IMG/VR virus record: IMGVR_UViG_3300013794_000014 | Location: 1 to 64,000 of that record | Strand: one strand, 5' to 3' | DNA from: a virus | Length of the DNA stretch: 64,000 nt | Shown here: piece after piece, positions 19,284 to 29,297 of the stretch | Numbering within the stretch: the first letter of the stretch is position 1 | Layout of the letters: each line of letters opens with the position of its first letter | The notes under the pieces: generated by a model | The model's database searches: none | Seen by the model: the letters and a program-made list of their open reading frames with translations, nothing else | Told to the model about the DNA's origin: nothing | Translations under genes and position numbers: made by a program

Positions 19284-19814
19284 ATGTCAGTTCAAATTCT
19301 TACTATCCAAGATCTAATTGAAACCAATAAACCTGTAAGAGAGCAATTAGTTGATTGGTTATGTTCACTTAATGACGATTATACACCGGGTATTATTAAT
19401 ATACCTTTCATAAACGGTGATTATAAACAGTTGAAGTTTTACAAAAGTAACATTGAACATCCATTGACGGTTCATTTGTATAAGGGTAAAGACATAACTG
19501 AACAATTATATAGGTGTGTTTATGGTAACGAATATCATGACTATTTCGAAGCACATAAGCAACTTTGGATATTTCATGACTGGTACATTAAAATCGTTAG
19601 AAAACGTAAAAATGTATTGTTTTATTCTAAATATATTGAAGATATAGTCGAGCGGTTTTTTCATTCTATCTATCAATTACTTTTTGATGTTGAATTATGG
19701 CACACATATAATCTTGTCAAATGGACTGAAATAAAAGATGAACTAGAACAATTTAAAAAAGCAATATTAGATCCAAAACCATATGAGAGGTTACTTAGGG
19801 GTTCAGGGTGGTAA
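19284..19814 (+). CDS. Paralog family B protein
   Basis: EHPLTV, FHDWYI, ILDPKPYERL. Confidence 0.8.
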   Translation: MSVQILTIQDLIETNKPVREQLVDWLCSLNDDYTPGIINIPFINGDYKQLKFYKSNIEHPLTVHLYKGKDITEQLYRCVYGNEYHDYFEAHKQLWIFHDWYIKIVRKRKNVLFYSKYIEDIVERFFHSIYQLLFDVELWHTYNLVKWTEIKDELEQFKKAILDPKPYERLLRGSGW

Positions 19815-19815
19815 T

Positions 19816-20343
19816 ATGACAAAAAAGGTTTTACCTTTTCAGGATTTACCAAAAGATTTTGATGGTTTTTTAAGTTTATTAAAGCAATTAGCAAATGATA
19901 TTAATGTTAATACAGTTTGTTTCATATTATTTTTCGATTTTTATATGGGACGTATACAAGTAGAATATCACATTCCGCAACTATCAGATCTTATGGTTAT
20001 CAGAAGTGAGAATTACGTTTTACTTTATGATAAAGGTAACAATGAATTCCTTATTCCTGAATCATTTGAAAATAAAATCGATTATTTTCAATCTTTACAA
20101 CAAATATATGAGATAGCTGCTTTCAAAAATGGTAAATATGCCAATACACTCGATTACTTATGCCAAATATTGTTTGACTGTAATTTAAATGTCGTTCAAA
20201 ATGTAGATTGGAGCATTAGTTCATGTTACACTTTTACATTTGATATCATACATAGAATATGGAACTTAATCAAAAAAGAACCGGCAAAAATAGAAATGTT
20301 ACATAATATAATTGGTGATTTACAAAAGAGGTGTTATCAATGA
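19816..20343 (+). CDS. Paralog family A protein
   Basis: FQDLPKDFDGFL; FFDF; LLYD. Confidence 0.8.
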   Translation: MTKKVLPFQDLPKDFDGFLSLLKQLANDINVNTVCFILFFDFYMGRIQVEYHIPQLSDLMVIRSENYVLLYDKGNNEFLIPESFENKIDYFQSLQQIYEIAAFKNGKYANTLDYLCQILFDCNLNVVQNVDWSISSCYTFTFDIIHRIWNLIKKEPAKIEMLHNIIGDLQKRCYQ

Positions 20344-20855
20344 ATTATATTACAATACCTTTTAACAATTTATCACTAGAAAAAATCAGTCAATGTATTA
20401 GAAAGACAATTGAAAAATCAGATTATAATACGGTTTTAGTTTTATTTAATTTTCAATTCGATTCAACTGAATTACATATGCATATCAGAAAACCTCAATT
20501 AATTGAACTTGTAAAAATACCATCTTCTTCGAGTTCATTGATACTACTTTATAATACGTCAAAGAATGATTTTTATCCTTTATCATCTTTCAAGAAACTA
20601 CAGTTGGTTATTAAGTTAATTCAAATGGACCTGCAACAGAATATTGATGTACTAAATGCGTTTAGTAAATGTCTTATGGGTATAAAACTTGAAAGAGCAA
20701 TTAACAGTTCAAGTCCAGAAACATATGGTGTTGTAAGGTGTATGTATGCAGTTTACAAGAAACGATTAGAAACCATAAAACGTATCAAGGAGGCTGTAAA
20801 TGATGTTGCCAGTGAAATTACAAATGAGTTTCCAGAATTTACCAAGTACTTTTAG
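20340..20855 (+). CDS. Paralog family A protein
   Basis: DYNTVLVLFNFQF, KPQLIEL, LLYN. Confidence 0.78.
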   Translation: MNYITIPFNNLSLEKISQCIRKTIEKSDYNTVLVLFNFQFDSTELHMHIRKPQLIELVKIPSSSSSLILLYNTSKNDFYPLSSFKKLQLVIKLIQMDLQQNIDVLNAFSKCLMGIKLERAINSSSPETYGVVRCMYAVYKKRLETIKRIKEAVNDVASEITNEFPEFTKYF

Positions 20856-21345
20856 TGAATTTAAACAGTTTTTAATTGAACATATACCTTTAGATACTGA
20901 CTATAACACTATTATGTTTCAGTTTAATTTTGATTTTGAAAATCAACAACTAACGGTTAAAATTGAAGAACCCCATATGATTAATCTGCTAACTTTGACT
21001 AATTCTACAACATATTTTGTACTTTATGATATCTCTAAAGATCAGTTTTTTGTACCATATTACATTGAATACAAAGATGCTTATCTACAGTGTTTCGGAT
21101 ACCTTTATGATCTTATGAAGTTTTACCTTAACGATCCTTTATGTTTTCGAATTATTGACGTTTTAAGCGGTAAGTTTACAACAAGAGAATCATTTCTTTT
21201 TATTGTTAACAAGAGATGGAATCCTCTTTTATGTTATTACATTAATGTTATTGTAAAAATTCATACAATATGGTATCTACTTAACAATACTGAACTTATA
21301 CAATTAATCAGAGGTGTTGCCAATGAAATCACTACCAATAAGTAA
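20824..21345 (+). CDS. Paralog family A protein
   Basis: FQNLPSTFSEF, DYNTIMFQFNFDF, VLYD. Confidence 0.8.
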   Translation: MSFQNLPSTFSEFKQFLIEHIPLDTDYNTIMFQFNFDFENQQLTVKIEEPHMINLLTLTNSTTYFVLYDISKDQFFVPYYIEYKDAYLQCFGYLYDLMKFYLNDPLCFRIIDVLSGKFTTRESFLFIVNKRWNPLLCYYINVIVKIHTIWYLLNNTELIQLIRGVANEITTNK

Positions 21346-21868
21346 AACTGAAAAACGATTAGAAGAATATTTAGTTGACTATCTGAAAAATAACTTTAAA
21401 ATTTCAGAATTCAAATGTGGGAATGTTATGTTACCTTTTACCAATAGTAAAAGAGCACATATAAAGTTTACCTATTCACAAGAAGATCATCCAACACTTA
21501 CTATAGTTGACAAAAATGGTAATAACATAACGCTTGATTTATACAAGAAATTGTTTAAGAACTACAATGAATACTGGAAAACACGTCAAGCATTTTGGGA
21601 TTTCTATGATTGGTACATTGAGGTTGTTAAAAACAGACAAAATCAATTGTTAGAAACAGTAAGATATAAAGAGGATGTCTTTGACTTAATTGAGTTTTTC
21701 GATTTAACGGATCTTTTCAAAATACTATTTTTACGTGAATTTGATACAGATAAAATACGTTTTCAATTATATCCTTATGAGAAAGTTAAGAAACAATTAG
21801 AAACGCTACGAAAAATGATTATCGATCCAAAACCGTTTATAAGGCTTTACACGAATGAAGAAATATAA
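21323..21868 (+). CDS. Paralog family B protein
   Basis: DHPTL, WDFYDWYI, IIDPKPFIRLY. Confidence 0.8.
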   Translation: MKSLPISKTEKRLEEYLVDYLKNNFKISEFKCGNVMLPFTNSKRAHIKFTYSQEDHPTLTIVDKNGNNITLDLYKKLFKNYNEYWKTRQAFWDFYDWYIEVVKNRQNQLLETVRYKEDVFDLIEFFDLTDLFKILFLREFDTDKIRFQLYPYEKVKKQLETLRKMIIDPKPFIRLYTNEEI

Positions 21869-21880
21869 AGGTGGTATTAT

Positions 21881-22468
21881 ATGTCAGAATATCCATTTAC
21901 ATTTGATTTTGATCAATTACCAGGTAATTTCGAACAGTTTTTAGAAATGGTTTCAGATATCGTAGATAATGTAGCACAGAAACATCCGAACTATAGAACA
22001 TTTATCCTTAGGTTTTCATTTGATTATGACAATTCTCAGTTAACAATAAGGGTTAGTCGTCCAGATCTTATCCATATGATTGAGATACCATTTTATTACA
22101 AACTATACTATGATACAATTGAACATAAGTTGGTAGCACCTCCAAGCCATCAAGATATTGAACATTGCATTGAATGTCTACGATTGTTATTTGATTTAGC
22201 CAAAATGGATATTGGCAAATATATGCACTACATTAATGTTATTTTAGAACAGTTAATTAAGCAAGACAAATCAGATTATTTTAAGTTTAGGTTAGTTGGA
22301 TATTTAAGTTTCAATGAAATTGCTAATTTATGTTGGATCAAACCACAATCTGTTATTATTGTAAAATTCGTTTATGTTTTAGTAAACCGACATAAAGAAA
22401 CGTTTGAACAAATAAACAAAGAGATTGAACATTTGGTATCGAAATATGGTGAAAACCATGGACATTAG
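21881..22468 (+). CDS. Paralog family A protein
   Basis: FDQLPGNFEQFLE, FSFDY, LYYD. Confidence 0.8.
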   Translation: MSEYPFTFDFDQLPGNFEQFLEMVSDIVDNVAQKHPNYRTFILRFSFDYDNSQLTIRVSRPDLIHMIEIPFYYKLYYDTIEHKLVAPPSHQDIEHCIECLRLLFDLAKMDIGKYMHYINVILEQLIKQDKSDYFKFRLVGYLSFNEIANLCWIKPQSVIIVKFVYVLVNRHKETFEQINKEIEHLVSKYGENHGH

Positions 22469-23741
22469 ACACGTTATTGAGTGTTTCAACCAAATCAAGC
22501 AAACAACTAAGTTAAAAGACAAAAAGGTGTTATTGAAGTATTATGATTGTAAACTTTTACGTTTATGTTTGTACTATTGCTACAACCCTTATTTGCAGTT
22601 TAACGTCAAACAAATACCAGAAGACGAAAGGTTGCTAAAACACGCTAAACTCGACTTACAACACTTCTTCAGTTACCTCAAATCATTAGCTAAGAAAGGT
22701 TCATCGACAAAAGAAGACAGAATACGGTTGTCATTACTAATGGGCAATGATCCTGAAATCCGATATTGGTTAAAACGTATTGTACAAAAAGATCTTGGTA
22801 TCGGCATTAACATAAACATTATCAATGACGTCTTTGACAATCTGATTCCAAAATTCGACGTGATGTTGGCTCAACCTCAAAGTCAACTAGAACGCTTCTT
22901 ACAAATGTTTCCAGAACATTATGTCAATTACAAATTAGATGGTATAAGGTGTTTGGCGGTTTGTTCTGAAAACGGCATTAGGTTGTTTACACGCAAAGGA
23001 AAACGCCTTACAAACTTCACGTATCTGGAAAAAGTACTATACAAAGAAACCAGAGACTTAGTAAGACAGTATGGTGCGGTTGTTCTTGATGGTGAACTTA
23101 CTGATAGACAATGGTGTAATTTTCAAGACTTAATGACTACAGTAAGGAGGAAATATGGTAAGGGTGCTTTTGACTTCAATGAGGTTGTCTTTAACGTTTT
23201 TGACGTATTTTCATTTGGATCAAATATCCTTACTGAAAAACCGTTATCTGAAAGAAAAGAAATACTAAATGACTACTTTAGTAATTGGCCTGAACTATCA
23301 GAAAAGAAACCAGAGACAATTGTAAGGGTTGACTACAATATGAACAAAAACGCCTCTATTGAAACAATTCAAAAACAATTAGATGAAGCGTTATCCAACG
23401 GTTTTGAAGGGCTTATACTCAAGAACCCAAATACACCCTATCAATTCAAAAGAACTATAGATTGGGTTAAAGTTAAGCAGTTTGATACACTTGATTGTCT
23501 TGTCATTGACGTCTTTGAAGGTAAAGGTAAGTATTCTGGTATGTTAGGCGGTGTTATTGTCCAATTACCAAACAAACAGACATGTCAAGTTGGATCTGGT
23601 TTCTCAGACTATGAACGCCAATACTATTGGAACAACCCCAATGAAATAGTCGGTAAATACGTTGAAATCAAGTATCAGGATTGGACTAAAGACGGTAAAT
23701 TGCGTTTCCCAGTATTTGTAAGGGTAAGAAATGATAAATGA
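22458..23741 (+). CDS. lig: ATP-dependent DNA ligase, phage type
   Basis: Motif I KLDG, LDGEL, FDV, EGLILK, WVKVK, VGSGFSD, LRFPVF. Confidence 0.95.
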   Translation: MDIRHVIECFNQIKQTTKLKDKKVLLKYYDCKLLRLCLYYCYNPYLQFNVKQIPEDERLLKHAKLDLQHFFSYLKSLAKKGSSTKEDRIRLSLLMGNDPEIRYWLKRIVQKDLGIGININIINDVFDNLIPKFDVMLAQPQSQLERFLQMFPEHYVNYKLDGIRCLAVCSENGIRLFTRKGKRLTNFTYLEKVLYKETRDLVRQYGAVVLDGELTDRQWCNFQDLMTTVRRKYGKGAFDFNEVVFNVFDVFSFGSNILTEKPLSERKEILNDYFSNWPELSEKKPETIVRVDYNMNKNASIETIQKQLDEALSNGFEGLILKNPNTPYQFKRTIDWVKVKQFDTLDCLVIDVFEGKGKYSGMLGGVIVQLPNKQTCQVGSGFSDYERQYYWNNPNEIVGKYVEIKYQDWTKDGKLRFPVFVRVRNDK

Positions 23742-23751
23742 GGTGATTACA

Positions 23752-24159
23752 ATGTATGAACTATTCAAAGTAAGAGAGTTTCAAATTGACACAATTCTCG
23801 GGTTTGTTTTAGGCCTTATATTGATCAAGTTTACTGAGATCGAACCGTCAGTTTGTTTGATATTCGGTCTATTGGTTTTTGGAGTAGTCGGTTACTTGTG
23901 TGTTAAGTTACAAGATTTCATGAAATCGAAATCAAACCATCCAAAGATTAAATTTATAAGAAGTCATCCAAAATACCAGACAATATCAATGTACTTTGAG
24001 TTTACACTTTCAATGGCGGTATTATTGATTATCAAATCGATGCTAGTAGAGTATTTGACGTTTCTTTATGTACCTATGGTTTTCACATATAGTTTATTGC
24101 CATTTTATGGGTGTAGGTGTTTACGACTGTACAAGAAAATTGTATCGTTAACTCAATAG
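23752..24159 (+). CDS. Membrane protein, about 4 hydrophobic segments
   Basis: Hydrophobic stretches; SD GAGGTGA. Confidence 0.7.
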   Translation: MYELFKVREFQIDTILGFVLGLILIKFTEIEPSVCLIFGLLVFGVVGYLCVKLQDFMKSKSNHPKIKFIRSHPKYQTISMYFEFTLSMAVLLIIKSMLVEYLTFLYVPMVFTYSLLPFYGCRCLRLYKKIVSLTQ

Positions 24160-24173
24160 AAAGGTGATACTTA

Positions 24174-25058
24174 ATGAAACCGATAAATTACTTCATTGAG
24201 AATACAGGAGAAAAGTACTGTCTAAGAGTTCCAGTAACTTTAACAGACAATGAAACAAAACAACTGATAATCATCAAAGATAAGTCTTGTAAACCGAATA
24301 TGGATCATACTCTAATATTTTACGATGAATTTACAAGTCCTTCTTTTGATAGTCAAAAATGGACAAAACGAGATTACGATTATCCCATTTATGAAACTAA
24401 GGACATGTTTTGTTCTGATTCTAATTCTGATTCTAATTCTAATACCAATAAATCACTAGTAATTGAAGGTAAAGTTAGGTTAAGATCGAAACCAGAAAAT
24501 ATGATTAGGTTATTATCACATACATGTTACATTGATTTTTATGCAAACAAAGATACTAACGAATTACATGATTTCATATGTGTTGACAATGAAGATATAA
24601 GTGAATGTTGTCTAGACATTCCTGATACAGAATTTAAATACAGGGTAATTATTGATGGTACTAAAATCATATATCAGACGTTAGATTTAGCAAATAATGT
24701 ATTACAAACGGATTATACTGATGTAACAAATAGTATGGGATTCTTCAAAGAATTAGTATATCATACTGTAGAGTATTATACATCATTTGATACCGGTAAA
24801 ATCCTTAATGTACTAGATTGGGCCATAGAGTTACATTTCGATGGGGTTAAACATGACTACATTTACGTATATAATGGGTTAAATACTGATAAACCATTAG
24901 ATGTTACCGTAACCCTAAAATCCAACGATGTTATGGTTATAGAAGTTTCAAATACAACAGATAAGTCAATAGAACAGTTAATATCAATCGATGTAACAGA
25001 TCTCGTAAAATCTAGAAATGAAGGACTAAGAATACTTAACATTTCGATGACGGACTAA
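24174..25058 (+). CDS. Circularly permuted DUF2341-like protein
   Basis: MKPINYFIE...LRVPV...IFYDEF...KW; tail VIEVSN...ISIDV...EGLRI. Confidence 0.7.
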   Translation: MKPINYFIENTGEKYCLRVPVTLTDNETKQLIIIKDKSCKPNMDHTLIFYDEFTSPSFDSQKWTKRDYDYPIYETKDMFCSDSNSDSNSNTNKSLVIEGKVRLRSKPENMIRLLSHTCYIDFYANKDTNELHDFICVDNEDISECCLDIPDTEFKYRVIIDGTKIIYQTLDLANNVLQTDYTDVTNSMGFFKELVYHTVEYYTSFDTGKILNVLDWAIELHFDGVKHDYIYVYNGLNTDKPLDVTVTLKSNDVMVIEVSNTTDKSIEQLISIDVTDLVKSRNEGLRILNISMTD

Positions 25059-25111
25059 ATGTCCTGAGAATATATGAGCAAAAAAAAACAAAAGAAACAG
25101 AGGTGGTATTA

Positions 25112-25891
25112 ATGAAACCAATAAACTACTTTATAGTTCCAGAAAACGGACAATACAAACTTTACTTTCCAGTTGAACTAGAGGCTAATGAAACTAAGAC
25201 GTTTCGTATCGAAAAAGATAAAGCATTTAAACCAGATATCAGTATATTTGAGGATTTTAGGTTGAATAGTTTACCAAAATATGTTCATAGACCAACAATC
25301 ATTAGGGGAACAATAACAGTACCAGAGGATGATAGTGATACTGAAATATTCGTTCTAAGGGCTGGTTATGGATTTTACTTCAAATTATATAAAAGTGAAA
25401 ATGATTTACATTATGACTTTATAGTTGACATTGGACTTGATGACAGATATGAAGATGACTATGGGACATTGCGAACAAACGATGAAAAAGAATTGATTTA
25501 CCAAATAACCATTACTGGATCAAGTATCGATTTGTTATTAAGTACTAAAGATGGTAGATATTTGGATTCTGATATAATATACATCAGTAATTTTCAAAAA
25601 GTTCTATTAGCATATGCTTTAAGGACAAAGTGTTTTGAAGACATAGAAGACTTATGTTTCGATGAGATTTTATATGCTTTACCATATAACTACTATAAAT
25701 CTCATATACATGAAGATTTCAGAGTATATCAGGTTCCAGATTCATTACCATACGAAGTAGTTGAAATATTCGATACGACAGGTATATATGTCAAAAATAC
25801 ATTTGCAAAACCAATAAAAGGATTTGTAGCAGTTGAAAACCTCAATGATATTATTGATAATCCGTCTATAGGATTGAGAATATTTTACTAG
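25112..25891 (+). CDS. Circularly permuted DUF2341-like protein
   Basis: MKPINYFI, FPVEL.ANET, IFEDF; tail IYVKN...IGLRIFY. Confidence 0.65.
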   Translation: MKPINYFIVPENGQYKLYFPVELEANETKTFRIEKDKAFKPDISIFEDFRLNSLPKYVHRPTIIRGTITVPEDDSDTEIFVLRAGYGFYFKLYKSENDLHYDFIVDIGLDDRYEDDYGTLRTNDEKELIYQITITGSSIDLLLSTKDGRYLDSDIIYISNFQKVLLAYALRTKCFEDIEDLCFDEILYALPYNYYKSHIHEDFRVYQVPDSLPYEVVEIFDTTGIYVKNTFAKPIKGFVAVENLNDIIDNPSIGLRIFY

Positions 25892-25981
25892 TCTTCCGTT
25901 TCATTTACTTTTTCCAATAATAGGCTAAAATGTCTGGAAATCTATCAACAAAAATATAAAGACAGAAAGAGGTGATGTCCA

Positions 25982-26818
25982 ATGAAATCAATAAACTACT
26001 TTATCGAGAATACTGGAAAAATATACAGTTTAAGAGTTCCTGTAAAAGTAGATGGTGGTGATACTGAACACCTTGTCATAGTTAAGGATAAGCATTCTAA
26101 TGGGCCTAAGCCAGAACGCCTATTAACATTCTATGATGGGTTGGATGGGATTTTCAATGAACATAAATGGATAAAAAAAGATTGGGGTTATCCGGTCTTT
26201 GAAGCAAAAGAAGAATTTTGTTCAACAGACTCGCTTATATTTGAGGGTAAAATCAGATTAGGGCCAAATCCAGGTGATATAATTAACTTATCAATGGGTC
26301 CATGCCACAATACACTTTATGTAAACGACGATTACAATGAACTACAAGATTACGTATCAATTGACATTGGATTAGATCCAGAAGATATGGGATACTGTCA
26401 TCTAGATATACCAGGAACAGAATTTAAATATAGAGTAATTATAGACGGAACACAATTCAAATACCAAACTATTGATTTGGAAAACAATATATTACAAACC
26501 AGTTATACTGATGTAACTGATGATAGAGATTTTTACGGTATGTTAATGTACTATATGGCAGAAAAATACATTTCATTTGATATGGATAGGATTCTCAATG
26601 AAGCATTATGGACTATGGAGTTACATTTTGAAGATATTACACATGATTATATCCTTGTCTATGATGGAATGGATATTGATAAACAATTAAATGTAGATGT
26701 TATATCAGAATCCAGAGAAGTAATGGTTGTAGAAGTTTCGAATCCAACTGATGAACCAATGAAGCAATTGATATCAGTTGATGTAACAGAATTTGTCGAC
26801 AGTGTAACGCGAAATTAA
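25982..26818 (+). CDS. Circularly permuted DUF2341-like protein, close paralog of 24174; probable 1-nt indel near the 3' end
   Basis: Shared blocks such as TEFKYRVIIDGT; another frame gives NAKLRVLY*, matching paralog ends. Confidence 0.75.
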   Translation: MKSINYFIENTGKIYSLRVPVKVDGGDTEHLVIVKDKHSNGPKPERLLTFYDGLDGIFNEHKWIKKDWGYPVFEAKEEFCSTDSLIFEGKIRLGPNPGDIINLSMGPCHNTLYVNDDYNELQDYVSIDIGLDPEDMGYCHLDIPGTEFKYRVIIDGTQFKYQTIDLENNILQTSYTDVTDDRDFYGMLMYYMAEKYISFDMDRILNEALWTMELHFEDITHDYILVYDGMDIDKQLNVDVISESREVMVVEVSNPTDEPMKQLISVDVTEFVDSVTRN

Positions 26819-26868
26819 GAGTTCTTTATTAACCTTCCTTACACTTTCATTTTTATTTCGGTGATACT

Positions 26869-27154
26869 ATGCCTACTTGTTCAGTTTGCAAACAAAACGT
26901 AAATGTAAACGCTTTACAGTATGTAGATGGCGACTTCGTCTGTAAAAGGTGTGTCAAACGTTTCTACGTTGAATGTGAACATTGTGGTAAATTGATTTAC
27001 AAAAGATGACGCCATTATCGTTGGAGACTTAGAATACTACGTTTGTGATGATTGTTTTGAACAACATTATGACGTTTGTTCCAAATGTGATATGGTTTAT
27101 CTGAAAAACGAAATCAAAAATGGAGTTTGCGTGTGGTGTCTGAAATGCAAGTAG
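26869..27154 (+). pseudogene. Multi-CxxC zinc-finger gene split by an extra A in the AAAA run at 27001-27004
   Basis: MPTCSVC...CKRC...CEHC then CDDC...CSKC...CVWC; SD GGTGA. Confidence 0.65.
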
Positions 27155-27753
27155 GAGACGGATTGCCGTATTGGATCGAAAATAACCGCCTATTATGGAC
27201 TAAACTAAACCTAAAACCGTTTGAAAAAGTAATTTTGAAGGTTTCCAATGAAAACGCCTATAAGCCTAATCCACATAAAGTTTTTGACTATTTTACTAAT
27301 AACTTCAATGATTGGATCGAAAGTCTTGATTCTAAGTACATTTTAAAGATATTTGATTTTAGTGATACGTTAATTGATTGGCCTAACGAGACGTATCAAT
27401 ATGTCATTAGATACTCACGCTTCGGGAATACTAATACTATTGTTTATTATGGTTTAGGTGTTCAGGAATACTATGTACATTATAACGACATTTTGATTGA
27501 TAAAGATATTCATTGGAAATCTAATAACATAGAAAATTATAAAGTTGAAATAAAAGTTCCAAAAGATACCTATTATTTTTGTATGTGGAAAAAGGCGCGT
27601 TACAGTTATTATACGGTTGAGTATCATTTACATGATAATTTTATGTACGTTGTTATCAAAAACCTCAGGAATTTGCCTTATGACTTAGTTTTACCAATAC
27701 TTTTACCTAAGGTACTAAGAATAGATAGAGTGAGTGTTGTATGTGGCCAGTAA
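27145..27753 (+). CDS. Circularly permuted DUF2341-like protein
   Basis: GLPYWIE..LLWTKL...PHKVFDYF; tail DNFMYVVIKN. Confidence 0.65.
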   Translation: MQVGDGLPYWIENNRLLWTKLNLKPFEKVILKVSNENAYKPNPHKVFDYFTNNFNDWIESLDSKYILKIFDFSDTLIDWPNETYQYVIRYSRFGNTNTIVYYGLGVQEYYVHYNDILIDKDIHWKSNNIENYKVEIKVPKDTYYFCMWKKARYSYYTVEYHLHDNFMYVVIKNLRNLPYDLVLPILLPKVLRIDRVSVVCGQ

Positions 27754-28367
27754 CAACCGACATACCATATTGTATTCTCGACAACTTAATGTGGGTAAGA
27801 GTTCCAAATAAACCTCAAACTATCCCGATAAAACCAGAATACTTAAGAAAACGTCATCCAAAAGACGTCTTTGATTTTTACTATGAGAGTAACAGTAATG
27901 GAAACTGCACCTTAAGAACAGAACAAAAATGGCCTCTACATTACGTTTTTGAGTGTAACTTGAATGTAAATGATAAACTTTTAGTGGGAATTGGGACAGA
28001 AGATGAAATACAGTTTGCAATAACGTACAAAGATATTTTGAAATCATTGAGAACTCTAGAAACCGTTAGAATTGCATTAAGAACGGGTTTCTGTGATGTC
28101 AATTATTGTAGTTACGTTAAGGTATTCATTTATGATCCTAAGACAAACATAATTGTGCATAAACAAGAACATGAAGTCGATCTTAATGATAGCGTCTACT
28201 TTTATGTTTCAGGAGATATCAAATATACTTTTGTAAGGCCAATTTTATGTGAATTGATACATTATATATCTACAAAGGATGATGCTTTCTACATTGAATT
28301 TAACGCACTTTCACATGATATTGAATATGTTGTGGTTCCTGTTCCAATTCCAAAATTGCTCCCGTAG
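27741..28367 (+). CDS. Circularly permuted DUF2341-like protein
   Basis: DIPYCI..LMWVRVP...PKDVFDFY...YTFVRP; its stop codon lies inside the tRNA. Confidence 0.6.
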   Translation: MWPVTTDIPYCILDNLMWVRVPNKPQTIPIKPEYLRKRHPKDVFDFYYESNSNGNCTLRTEQKWPLHYVFECNLNVNDKLLVGIGTEDEIQFAITYKDILKSLRTLETVRIALRTGFCDVNYCSYVKVFIYDPKTNIIVHKQEHEVDLNDSVYFYVSGDIKYTFVRPILCELIHYISTKDDAFYIEFNALSHDIEYVVVPVPIPKLLP

Positions 28368-28435
28368 TCTAGCCTGGATATGACGTGGGACTGCGGATCC
28401 CAAGGTCGTGGGTTCAAATCCCACCGGGAGCGCCA
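28358..28435 (+). tRNA. tRNA-Arg(GCG), intronless, CCA encoded
   Basis: Acceptor GCTCCCG/CGGGAGC; anticodon arm TGGGA-CT GCG GA-TCCCA (anticodon 28393-28395); T arm GTGGG-TTCAAAT-CCCAC; G15 and A20 present; discriminator G then CCA. Confidence 0.96.
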
Positions 28436-28484
28436 ATTATTATTATCATTTGTTATCATTTATTCTAGTGATCTGGTGATAACA

Positions 28485-29018
28485 ATGGAGTTCAAGTTCA
28501 CAAGATACTATGAACAAAATGTAGTAAGGGAGAAAACAATACAGGGTTTAGCCAAAGAATTCGCAAAAGAACTTTTCAATACGTTTCGTGTTTCAGATGT
28601 TATTGGTATTGAACTAGGATTCCCAAGAAAAGAAGATGGCCAATGTAGATTCTATATGACATATCAAATAACACCTTATATCTTGAATTATCATACCATA
28701 TTTATTGATAAAGATTTGAATATCGTCAATAGTCAATTGTATGAAGTGTATTTACCAGATTATACGGATCAATTGACTGAACTTTTCAATACTGTTCTAG
28801 AGACATATAACTTACTAAGTAAAGTTGGTGTTGAGATGATTTATGATAACGATGAGATCTTTGAGTTTTTTGGTATACAAATGCGCCAATTAAGAAATTG
28901 TACCGAGATCCAAAACGAAAATAATATTGACGAAATAATACAATTATATAGAAGTTTTCAACAGATACTTAAGGATTTCGACAAATACAAAAGACTTTAT
29001 GAGGTAAATCAAATATAG
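28485..29018 (+). CDS. Paralog family B protein
   Basis: DLNIVNSQLY, DKYKRLYE; start placed at SD plus ATG 28485. Confidence 0.75.
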   Translation: MEFKFTRYYEQNVVREKTIQGLAKEFAKELFNTFRVSDVIGIELGFPRKEDGQCRFYMTYQITPYILNYHTIFIDKDLNIVNSQLYEVYLPDYTDQLTELFNTVLETYNLLSKVGVEMIYDNDEIFEFFGIQMRQLRNCTEIQNENNIDEIIQLYRSFQQILKDFDKYKRLYEVNQI

Positions 29019-29027
29019 GTGTTAATT

Positions 29028-29297
29028 ATGAGCACGAATGTAGATAGAACCGTTATTACGTTGTTTATCTTAACTGTTTTAGGTATAGCTGTCTTAGACT
29101 TTTATGGAGATATTGTGTTTCAAAATACTAATACTACTAATACTACTACCAATAAATCTGTAACCTTTGAAAACTTTGAAAACTACATTGAACATTATTA
29201 CCATAAAATGAAAACATTAGTATCAAATACAATTGTAACGGGGTGTTCAGGATGGCATTTGAATACAAATACGAAATATCCAAAAAATTCCAAATAG
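29028..29297 (+). CDS. Small membrane-anchored protein
   Basis: N-terminal hydrophobic helix; several NxT sequons. Confidence 0.6.
   Translation: MSTNVDRTVITLFILTVLGIAVLDFYGDIVFQNTNTTNTTTNKSVTFENFENYIEHYYHKMKTLVSNTIVTGCSGWHLNTNTKYPKNSK

Noticed and set aside
22878-22901. PIP-box-like QSQLERFL in the ligase
   Set aside because: It lies at the start of the adenylation domain and is too short and degenerate to support by eye.
24174-28367. Diversity-generating retroelement behind the variable DUF2341 genes
   Set aside because: No reverse transcriptase and no near-identical template/variable repeat pair seen; divergence spans whole genes.
28380-28484. N-terminal extension of ORF 28380-29018
   Set aside because: It is translated tRNA sequence; the SD-supported start is ATG 28485.
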